A DNA stretch of 64,000 nucleotides from a virus: positions 32,001 through 96,000 of IMG/VR virus record IMGVR_UViG_3300042291_001568; one strand, written 5' to 3'. Positions 8,567-15,809 of this stretch are shown here, one piece after another. The notes below the pieces were generated by a model that was given only the letters and a program-made list of their open reading frames with translations, was not told the origin of the DNA and did not search any database. Position 1 is the first letter of the stretch. Every line of letters begins with the position of its first letter. The translations under genes were made by a program, and so were the position numbers.

Positions 8567-8743
8567 TACTTATGTACTTTTCAGTATCTACGAAGTAGTA
8601 TAAGACCAATGACACACATGGATGCAGCAGCCTATGCGGTTCTCGATGAAGCAAAAGCGCTTATTGAAGAAGCAAGAAAGCAGCTTTCACTGATGCCAGA
8701 AGAAATACAAACAAAAACTACACTACGAAGGAGACAAACAAAC

Positions 8744-8926
8744 ATGTCAGAACTTACAGCACAGCGTGCGGGCGAACTCTACGCTCAAGGGCAATCAGTT
8801 ATTGAAGTAGCTCGAGCACATGGACTCTCGTACAGCCAGACTCGTAAGCTCATCGGAGCAAGCGGTACACCAATTCGCGATGCATCTGGTCGTCTCAAAG
8901 GACGTACCCGTAAGGCAACAGCGTAA
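8744..8926 (+). CDS. helix-turn-helix DNA-binding protein (in-frame upstream start at 8609 possible)
   Basis: ELYAQGQSVIEVARAHGLSYSQTRKLIGASGTPIR; SD AAGGAG before 8744. Confidence 0.75.
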   Translation: MSELTAQRAGELYAQGQSVIEVARAHGLSYSQTRKLIGASGTPIRDASGRLKGRTRKATA

Positions 8927-8928
8927 CT

Positions 8929-9099
8929 ATGCCAACTTGGTTCTCGCAATTGCGGAACTTAGTATGGACATCTGTTCTTGCGGTGATCATGGGTTTAGCA
9001 TCTGTGGTCACCGCAATTGCGGGTGGAAGTATTGAGGTAGTCGTTAGTCTCGCCTTGTTTGGAGCAATACTAAGCACCCTGTCCTCTAAGGTGCGCTAA
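8929..9099 (+). CDS. small two-TM membrane protein (56 aa)
   Basis: MPTWFSQLRNLVWTSVLAVIMGLASVVTAIAGGSIEVVVSLALFGAILSTLSSKVR. Confidence 0.6.
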   Translation: MPTWFSQLRNLVWTSVLAVIMGLASVVTAIAGGSIEVVVSLALFGAILSTLSSKVR

Positions 9100-9143
9100 C
9101 ACTCGGGAATGTATAGTAGTAGTTATACAACAGAGGAGTAAAC

Positions 9144-9317
9144 ATGGAACCAGAAGTATTCAAAGTAACAGTGACCAATAGCGATGGAGACGACATCGTC
9201 GCCTACGTCACCCCCGTACAGAAGCAAGCCTATGTTCGCTCGATGACAGAAGAGTACGGTCCTGCCGTAGTTGAGCCGATGATGATTGCGGACCTTCCTG
9301 AAGGCATAGAACTCTGA
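9144..9317 (+). CDS. small hypothetical protein (57 aa)
   Basis: MEPEVFKVTVTNSDGDDIVAYV...; SD GAGGAG; follows promoter 9102. Confidence 0.7.
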   Translation: MEPEVFKVTVTNSDGDDIVAYVTPVQKQAYVRSMTEEYGPAVVEPMMIADLPEGIEL

Positions 9318-9475
9318 TGGTCTGGCTAGAGCACTTGCGTATTGCGGGTGGGCCAACAACAATTGAAGACGACAAGCGCGAACTGCGCAAAGTCGCAAAG
9401 ATCGATGCCGACTGTAATGAACGCTTTATGCGGGACTTACTTGGTGACGACGAGTACGAAGACTGGGACAACTAG
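9317..9475 (+). CDS. small hypothetical protein (52 aa)
   Basis: TGATG coupling to the previous gene. Confidence 0.55.
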   Translation: MVWLEHLRIAGGPTTIEDDKRELRKVAKIDADCNERFMRDLLGDDEYEDWDN

Positions 9476-9524
9476 TCTTCGCATTCAATACTAAATGACA
9501 AAACGACAAATAAGGAGATAACAT

Positions 9525-9890
9525 ATGTGGGTATTTACCCAAGACGGATTCGTAAGCGTGGTGGACAACCATCAACGCAAGGGATTCCTTACAGCACGAT
9601 CACGTGATCGTCAATCGCTAATCGCTCTTTCAGAGATTGCAAGCTGCGAAATTGAGTTCACACCTATGCGGGACTATCAGTACCGTACTTTCGTAACTCG
9701 AGATCAGTATTCAGAATGGCTTGCATTGCAATCAGAAATGCTGAACTACGGCAACTTCAAAGATCAAGTGCATAAGACACTTGGCGACACGTACTACCAT
9801 GCATGCGGTGAAGTATGGCACGCAATGAACATGGTTCAAGATGACGAAGCCGCGCAGTGGACTAGAGATCGCTACGCTGCGAAAGCGTAA
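9525..9890 (+). CDS. conserved phage hypothetical protein
   Basis: MWVFTQDGFVSVV...DYQYR...LNYGNFK; SD AAGGAG. Confidence 0.8.
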   Translation: MWVFTQDGFVSVVDNHQRKGFLTARSRDRQSLIALSEIASCEIEFTPMRDYQYRTFVTRDQYSEWLALQSEMLNYGNFKDQVHKTLGDTYYHACGEVWHAMNMVQDDEAAQWTRDRYAAKA

Positions 9891-10014
9891 CGCAATGGAC
9901 TCGCACGATCAAGCAACACTAATACTTTGCGTTGCTTTGGCCTGCTGCGTTGCGGTGCTTCTATGCCTGTGACTCAGAGTTTCACATCTATTCTGAAGTC
10001 GGAATGGATGTGAA

Positions 10015-10248
10015 ATGACTGCCAATCGACTCAAGTATGAGTGCGCCGCATGCGGTGAGATGTTTGCGAAGACTTATGAGCACATGAGCCATTACATGGA
10101 GAAGCACGACGAAGGCTACATACCTCGTGGGCAGCGTCGCTTGCGTAAGGTTGCGTGCCGGAGCTGCGTCAAAGAAATGCCAGTCCCAAACTTAGAAGCT
10201 GGCGAGTGGTGGCGTTGTGAGTGCGGCTTTGAGCTTCCACGATCTTGA
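10015..10248 (+). CDS. C2H2 plus C4 zinc-finger protein
   Basis: CAAC...H..H followed by CRSC...CEC. Confidence 0.7.
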   Translation: MTANRLKYECAACGEMFAKTYEHMSHYMEKHDEGYIPRGQRRLRKVACRSCVKEMPVPNLEAGEWWRCECGFELPRS

Positions 10249-10329
10249 GGTAGCGGTTAGCTCGGGGCTAAAACTCGGGATGATAAAGTGTATCTATCAG
10301 CAAATGCTGGTAACGACAAAAGGATGATC

Positions 10330-10539
10330 ATGGAAACTATTACAATGAAGGGAGCCGTAGTTGCGGTTCTCACGCTCGGAAGCACTGTGCAAATCTGGGT
10401 GGCTTCGCCAACCGGTGACTCATCAGACTCACACATCTTTGAGATGCCAACAACGTCTGACTCACACGCACACGTCATTGCAAATATGTGGCGCAAAGCC
10501 TGGAATCTTCCAGCAGCTGACGCTCCTCTCGAGTTCTAA
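10330..10539 (+). CDS. hypothetical protein (69 aa)
   Basis: Follows promoter 10274 and SD AAAGGA. Confidence 0.7.
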   Translation: METITMKGAVVAVLTLGSTVQIWVASPTGDSSDSHIFEMPTTSDSHAHVIANMWRKAWNLPAADAPLEF

Positions 10540-10551
10540 TTTATAGTGGCC

Positions 10552-10709
10552 GAGTAACGCCGCAATACCTCATCGCGCTGAGCGGTGTCAAAGTTACTCA
10601 CTCAGCTAATATCTGCTCGCCCAGCTCGAGTTCTTCGTCGTACTTGGGCTGGCTGCTGAGCTAAAGTCAGGGGCTCGCAAGGACCTCCACCTTGCGGGCC
10701 TCACGACTT
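10552..10709 (+). ncRNA. candidate structured non-coding RNA (three hairpins)
   Basis: GAGTAAC 10552/GTTACTC 10593; CTCAGC 10601/GCTGAG 10655 enclosing CCAGCTCGAGT 10621/ACTTGGGCTGG 10642; GGCTCGCAAGG 10672/CCTTGCGGGCC 10690. The stem mismatches are G-U on the + strand. Confidence 0.45.
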
Positions 10710-10776
10710 CTCACCTTGTACGTCAAAAAACTCAGGATGGTACAATGTTCTTACCAACAAGGAAAGGACGAATGAC

Positions 10777-10947
10777 ATGCAGATTACAGAAGACAACTAC
10801 AACGACATCCAGTATGTGACAGCTCATGACGACTGCGGTACATGCCGCGGACACCTAGAGTTCGCACTCGCAAACTTCAAGCGCACACCATCGATTGAAT
10901 CGATGACTGGGGACAATGACTGCTTCGGTAAGGTCTACATCGCGTAG
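10777..10947 (+). CDS. small hypothetical protein with CxxC (56 aa)
   Basis: MQITEDNYNDIQYVTAHDDCGTCRGH...; follows promoter 10731 and SD AAAGGA. Confidence 0.65.
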   Translation: MQITEDNYNDIQYVTAHDDCGTCRGHLEFALANFKRTPSIESMTGDNDCFGKVYIA

Positions 10948-10989
10948 GCCTTATCGCGGTCATTATCTAAGGATTGTATAATTGGCTAC

Positions 10990-11142
10990 ATGACAACCTA
11001 CATAGTTACCATCACACCTAACAATCCACAAACCATAATCAGCGGCGATCCGTATACTGCGTACGAAATAGCGTACACTAACGATCCAGCCCCGATCAAT
11101 CCAAAAACTTTCGACATCGAAAATTACGTCAAACTCGCATAA
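10990..11142 (+). CDS. leaderless small protein MTTYIVTITP... (50 aa, paralogue 2)
   Basis: ATG 7 nt after TATAAT (10977-10982); same length as and homologous to 2009..2161. Confidence 0.75.
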   Translation: MTTYIVTITPNNPQTIISGDPYTAYEIAYTNDPAPINPKTFDIENYVKLA

Positions 11143-11268
11143 CACTCAAACCGCAAGGGCGACGGCGATTGCAACTCGCCGCCGCCATACGGCGATCAAA
11201 AACTGAGGATGATAAAGTGTACATATCAGCTAGGCACTCCGCCTGACTGAACGACGAAGGGACAAATA

Positions 11269-11598
11269 ATGGAAACACTACTCAACAAGCCAGTGATTGG
11301 CGAAGGAGCTACGGTCAGCTACTGCGCTGACTCGCACGCAATGACAATCATCGCGGTCAGCGATAACGGCAAGACAGTTACCGTTCAGCGGGATTCCGTC
11401 AAGCCAGCAGATCACGCAAACATCTACCGTGGCGCCAACTACAACAACATCTGGGTGACCACACCAGACCCAGCCGGAGCGACAATGGTCTTCACCCTCC
11501 GCCAGAATGGCAAGTACGTGGCGCAAGGTGAGCCAATGCGGTCAGGGACTAAGCTCCACATCGGCAGCCGCCACGAATACTACAGCTACGAGTTCTAA
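11269..11598 (+). CDS. hypothetical protein (109 aa)
   Basis: ORF track; follows promoter 11203 with a hairpin leader and SD AAGGGA. Confidence 0.8.
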   Translation: METLLNKPVIGEGATVSYCADSHAMTIIAVSDNGKTVTVQRDSVKPADHANIYRGANYNNIWVTTPDPAGATMVFTLRQNGKYVAQGEPMRSGTKLHIGSRHEYYSYEF

Positions 11599-11609
11599 GT
11601 AAGGACTCA

Positions 11610-11637
11610 GGGGCCAGGCTCGAGAGGGCCTGGCTCC
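11610..11637 (+). terminator. GC-rich hairpin, putative terminator
   Basis: GGGGCCAGGC/GCCTGGCTCC 10-bp stem immediately after the stop at 11598. Confidence 0.5.
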
Positions 11638-11713
11638 CCCTCCCGGGGGGAATCTAGGGATGATAAATTGATCTCATCAGCAAGGCGCTGGTAACGACGA
11701 AGGGACAAATACA

Positions 11714-11965
11714 ATGAATAAGAAATGGGCACTCCTCAAGGGATCAGATATCGGACCAATGGGCCGAGGACAATCCGGCAAAAAGAAGATCTACGAGGTC
11801 ACGGTGACAGACACCACACTCCACTGCTCGTGGGGAATGGCCGAGAAGACCAACCGCCAGTCAAGCACGCAGGTGTTCCGCACCAGCCAGCAAGCACTCG
11901 CAGCCGGGTACGCCAAGGTCAACAGCAAGATGGACCGCGGGTACGCAGTAGCCTACTCGGTCTGA
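11714..11965 (+). CDS. WGR-domain protein (paralogue 2)
   Basis: YEVTV...CSWG...AKVNSKMDRGY; about 70% identical to 1114..1365. Confidence 0.8.
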   Translation: MNKKWALLKGSDIGPMGRGQSGKKKIYEVTVTDTTLHCSWGMAEKTNRQSSTQVFRTSQQALAAGYAKVNSKMDRGYAVAYSV

Positions 11966-12215
11966 CCAGACCTCAACCCAAGGCCTCACCTCAGCAGCAA
12001 AGCTGGGGTGGGGCTCAGAGGCGCTCAGAAGCCCTGAGTGCCCTTGCGGTATCCACATCAGGTATTTAGGTAGCACGAGCACAGACCAAGTTCTAGGGCC
12101 TCTGGCAACACTCCAAAGCGAGGTGCCTTGCGGGCTAAGGTCCCAGGGCACAGTTCTAGGGATGATAAAGTACTACTATCAGCCAAACCGACTGGTAACG
12201 ACGAAAGAAGACAAA

Positions 12216-12377
12216 ATGACCACATACACAGTAATGATCGCCGATGGCGGTGGAAGCGAAGTTTACATCTCGGGCGTCACGCTCGAGCACGCCGAGACTC
12301 TTGTCGCGACGAACAAGCTTCAGAATGAAGTGAAGTACACAGGCAGCGTCCTGTACATCCGCGGACTCAAGAAATAA
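12216..12377 (+). CDS. small hypothetical protein (53 aa)
   Basis: Follows promoter 12156. Confidence 0.65.
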   Translation: MTTYTVMIADGGGSEVYISGVTLEHAETLVATNKLQNEVKYTGSVLYIRGLKK

Positions 12378-12395
12378 CCGACGAAAGGAAACAAC

Positions 12396-12956
12396 ATGAC
12401 AACATACGCACCACCATCAGAGAAGCAAGTGGCTTTCCTCAAGTCACTGCTCGGCACCCGTGAGGTTGACGAAGCGGTGAAGAGTGATTTGCTCGAGCAG
12501 TTAGAACTTGACGTCCTTGAGAAGCGCATCGCAAGTGAAGCGATTGACTCGCTACTCAAGTTGCCGAAGTTGCCGAAGTCAACCACGCCGTCGCCGTTCC
12601 AAGAACTACTGCGGAGCATTCCAAAGTCGCGGTACGCAATTCCGGTTGATGAACTCGAGTTGACAGATGCGACAGACTCCTTCACAGGCGACTTAGTATT
12701 TGTTGAACTCAAGGAGTACATGCAGACAATGTACATGCGCCAGTTACACGGTGCCCCAGGTGGCTTCAGTCGCTCGAAGCTCACAATAGAATCCGTGAAG
12801 GCGATCATCGCAATTGTTGCGACTGACCCATACAAGTACACTCGCATCTTCGGTGAGCACTACACATGTTGCGGGTCATGTGGAGCAGAGTTGACTGACA
12901 CCAAGTCACGTGAACTCATGCTTGGACCGGAGTGCCGCAAGAAGTTTGGGAGGTAG
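12396..12956 (+). CDS. DUF6011-like zinc-binding domain protein
   Basis: C-terminal CGSCGAELTD.KSRELMLGPEC; SD AAAGGA. Confidence 0.8.
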   Translation: MTTYAPPSEKQVAFLKSLLGTREVDEAVKSDLLEQLELDVLEKRIASEAIDSLLKLPKLPKSTTPSPFQELLRSIPKSRYAIPVDELELTDATDSFTGDLVFVELKEYMQTMYMRQLHGAPGGFSRSKLTIESVKAIIAIVATDPYKYTRIFGEHYTCCGSCGAELTDTKSRELMLGPECRKKFGR

Positions 12957-12960
12957 GAAC

Positions 12961-13281
12961 ATGAGCACATATTCAATCACGCGCGCAATTGACAAGGCCA
13001 TACTTCAATTTTGGTACTTGCGGGTGTCTATCCGAGTCGGACTTGTTGTTGCAGGTCTTGCAACGTTCATCGCGGTCATCGTATGGCAAGGCAATGACGA
13101 CAGCAAGTACCACTGTGACAATGGTGGCTTGGCAGTTGTCATTCATGAAGGCGACACACTTTGGGACATCGCCAAGCAGTACTGCACAGGCAGCACCGTG
13201 ACAGCGGTTGACGACTTGTACAAGATATACGGTTCCACCCTGTACCCAGGTCAGATCATTCATTTGACATCAACCGACTGA
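12961..13281 (+). CDS. membrane-anchored LysM-domain protein
   Basis: TM segment VGLVVAGLATFIAVIVW, then VIHEGDTLWDIAKQY...LYPGQIIHL (LysM). Confidence 0.85.
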   Translation: MSTYSITRAIDKAILQFWYLRVSIRVGLVVAGLATFIAVIVWQGNDDSKYHCDNGGLAVVIHEGDTLWDIAKQYCTGSTVTAVDDLYKIYGSTLYPGQIIHLTSTD

Positions 13282-13322
13282 CGCGGTCAACATACATGGC
13301 CTGACTCGTGTAGAATAAGTTC

Positions 13323-14753
13323 ATGGCCAAAAGCATAATGGAGCAACTCGCACTGCTTCCTGTCGATGAACAACGAGTGATACTCGATGGCATGGACATG
13401 GAACAATTGATGTGGGACTGGAGAGCATGGGCTCGCCCTGAGCAACTGCCACCGTCGGGAGACGATTGGGCAATCTGGTTGTACCTTGCGGGACGTGGCG
13501 CTGGCAAAACTCGAAGTGCTGCTGAATGGGTGCGTGACATGGCGAAGCGAACTGACAAAGGTCAATTGCGCTTTGCACTCGTTGCTCGTACTGCGGCTGA
13601 CGTTCGTGACGTCATCGTTGAAGGTGAGTCAGGTATCATCTCTGTTTCACCACCGAGCGAGCGTCCACTGTATGAGCCGTCAAAGCGACGACTCACTTGG
13701 CCGAACGGCAACACTGCAACATGCTTCACTGCTGATGAGCCTGACGGACTTCGTGGTCCGCAATTCCACTATGCTTGGGCTGACGAGATTGCTGCGTGGC
13801 GTCAATCACCTGATGCTGCGGGTATGACATCGTGGGACAACTTGCGTGTTGCTTGCCGTCTTGGTTCCTCACCTCAGATTATCTGCACCACCACACCAAA
13901 GCGAGTACCGATGCTGTACGCCCTGCTCACTGAAGCAGAGAAGACAGGCCGCGTAGTGGTGTCACGTGGTTCAACACTTGACAATGCGGGTAACCTCTCA
14001 GCAACGTACCTCGATGCAATCACAGGCGTGTACGCAGGTACTCGCCTTGCTGCACAGGAATTGTTTGGTGAGATGCTGAGTGATGTTGAAGGCGCACTCT
14101 GGACAATTGAATTGCTTGAACGCTCACGTGAGACTGCATTCCCAGTCGGCGCGCAACTTCGCTGCGTGGGTGTTGACCCATCAGTTGCTGAGAACCCACG
14201 TGACGAATGCGGGATTGTGGTATGCGCATCGAGTGGTGAGCGCGATCTATACAAGAGGCACGCTTGGGTACTTGAGGACGCATCAATCCATGGCTCACCT
14301 GAGCAGTGGGCGAACAAGGTAGTTGACATGGCTCGCAAGTACTCATGCCCAGTCGTGGCTGAAGTCAACCAAGGTGGTGCGCTCGTTACTAATGCGATCC
14401 TCGCGATTGACCCATCAATCAAAGTACTCGAGGTGCATTCAAAGTTCGGTAAAGCATTGCGGGCTGAGCCTGTGACACTCGCTTATGAACAGGGACGCAT
14501 CCACCACGTCAACTACCTGCCTGACCTTGAGTCACAGATGTGTTCATGGATTCCCGGTGAAGGTAAGTCACCTGACAGAGTCGACGCACTCGTGCACGCT
14601 CTCACAGCACTCGTGATCAAGCCACCGCCTGGTTTCGTAGGCGGTACGATCACAGCACGGTCGCCATCATCGAAGCGCATTGCAAGTTTGCGGGACAGCG
14701 TGCTCGGTGGAGGCAGAGGTGGTGCAAGAGTGTTCATACCTCGTACCAAGTAA
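13323..14753 (+). CDS. terL: terminase large subunit
   Basis: Walker A AGRGAGKTR, Walker B AWADEIAAW, nuclease VGVDPS, C-terminal PDRVDAL. The ATG lies 6 nt after TAGAAT (13311-13316), so it is probably leaderless. Confidence 0.95.
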   Translation: MAKSIMEQLALLPVDEQRVILDGMDMEQLMWDWRAWARPEQLPPSGDDWAIWLYLAGRGAGKTRSAAEWVRDMAKRTDKGQLRFALVARTAADVRDVIVEGESGIISVSPPSERPLYEPSKRRLTWPNGNTATCFTADEPDGLRGPQFHYAWADEIAAWRQSPDAAGMTSWDNLRVACRLGSSPQIICTTTPKRVPMLYALLTEAEKTGRVVVSRGSTLDNAGNLSATYLDAITGVYAGTRLAAQELFGEMLSDVEGALWTIELLERSRETAFPVGAQLRCVGVDPSVAENPRDECGIVVCASSGERDLYKRHAWVLEDASIHGSPEQWANKVVDMARKYSCPVVAEVNQGGALVTNAILAIDPSIKVLEVHSKFGKALRAEPVTLAYEQGRIHHVNYLPDLESQMCSWIPGEGKSPDRVDALVHALTALVIKPPPGFVGGTITARSPSSKRIASLRDSVLGGGRGGARVFIPRTK

Positions 14754-14785
14754 TCACGTATGCGGTGAGAGTATATGATGAAGCA

Positions 14786-15292
14786 ATGAACACTGACAAC
14801 ACTCATGAACACGATGCGCCTGTGGCAGTCGAGGTACCAGAAGTAATTGCTGTACCAGAAGTAATCGCCGAAGTAGAAGTACTCGCCGAAGTAGAAGCAC
14901 CTGCGGTACTCAATGTACCTGCTGAGCCACAAGCATCTGCGCCACTTGACAAGTTTGAACTACCATCGCCAGCACCTGATGCTTTCGTAAAGCGTGCAGG
15001 TGTAGTCGTTACCGGAGGTGCAACAGACTCCGTGTATCTTGACAAGTGCGTGTTCAAGAATACGGGTGCTCGCAAATCACTCTCAGTTCATCACCTTCAA
15101 CGTCGCCTCGTCGAGTTGGGTTACCACAACGCACTCGGAGATCCTGACGGCTGGTACGGTGACGATACTCGTGCTTGCGTTCATGCATTTCAGAAAGACA
15201 GCAACATTGATGGCGATGGCATTATGGATGCCACCACACTTGAAGCGTTGTTTGCTCGAGATCCACACGTGACCGTCGTACTCGTCAACTAA
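14786..15292 (+). CDS. peptidoglycan-binding domain protein with acidic low-complexity N-terminus
   Basis: VHHLQRRLVELGY...DGWYGDDTRACVHAFQKDSNIDGDGIMDATTLEAL (PG_binding_1 pattern); ATG 6 nt after TATGAT. Confidence 0.85.
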   Translation: MNTDNTHEHDAPVAVEVPEVIAVPEVIAEVEVLAEVEAPAVLNVPAEPQASAPLDKFELPSPAPDAFVKRAGVVVTGGATDSVYLDKCVFKNTGARKSLSVHHLQRRLVELGYHNALGDPDGWYGDDTRACVHAFQKDSNIDGDGIMDATTLEALFARDPHVTVVLVN

Positions 15293-15299
15293 TACTCTT

Positions 15300-15800
15300 G
15301 CGGGTGGGCCTCGCTCGCCTCACCACACTCGCCACACCTACTCGCCACGGTGAGTGCACGGTAAATGTATGCGCGGTTCATTGCGCGGTTCATTGTGAAG
15401 CACCTCACTCAGGCGCACGCCTTTCGTTTCAACTTTGCGATTGCGCACCTCACCCAACACGTGTGGCCACTCGCAATGCCATGCGGGTGACCTTTATGAA
15501 CACGCCTTCACATGCGGGCACACCTCACTCGCCATGCGGTGCACCTCATCACGTGCGCCTCACGCCTTCACGTGTACCTCACGTGTACCCCATCACGTGT
15601 ACCCCATCACACCTCATGCACGCCTCGTAGGCACCTCACCTGTGCACCAAACACGCGCACCACTGCCACACGCCTTCACGCCTCACTGGCACCCTCCGCG
15701 AGTGCCAAACACGTGTTCATGATGCCCACTTTTGGCCCTCTTCTGGGGGCCTCTCAGGGCCTCTCAGAAGGCCTCATTTTGACCTCACTTTTGGCCCTTG
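15300..15800. repeat. CAC-rich low-complexity non-coding region with short tandem repeats
   Basis: Recurrent CACCTCA, CACGCC and CACGTG; tandem CACGTGTACC(T/CC)CA(T) x3 at about 15570-15610; CACTTTTGGCCCT x2; GCCTCTCAG x2. Confidence 0.65.
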
Positions 15801-15809
15801 CTTTTGACG

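Larger units (their letters stand above)
9102..12215 (+). promoter_or_regulatory. 7 further copies of the promoter/leader motif (block 2)
   Basis: Motif at 9102 (TATAGT), 10274 (TAAAGT), 10731 (TACAAT), 10967 (TATAAT), 11203 (TAAAGT), 11654 (TAAATT), 12156 (TAAAGT). Confidence 0.85.

Noticed and set aside
8550-8580. Sigma70-type promoter TTGACA at 8550
   Set aside because: The candidate -10 hexamers give spacers of 15 or 19 bp, and the site lies inside a plausible small ORF.
246-12215. Integron/attC cassette array
   Set aside because: No GTTRRRY/RYYYAAC core pairs or integron integrase are seen; the repeated element is promoter- and SD-like rather than an attC hairpin.
1-13300. Apparent + strand excess of GCGG in the early region
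   Set aside because: A rough hand count suggested about 2-fold excess in the first 2 kb, but this could not be corrected for codon usage, so it is not claimed.
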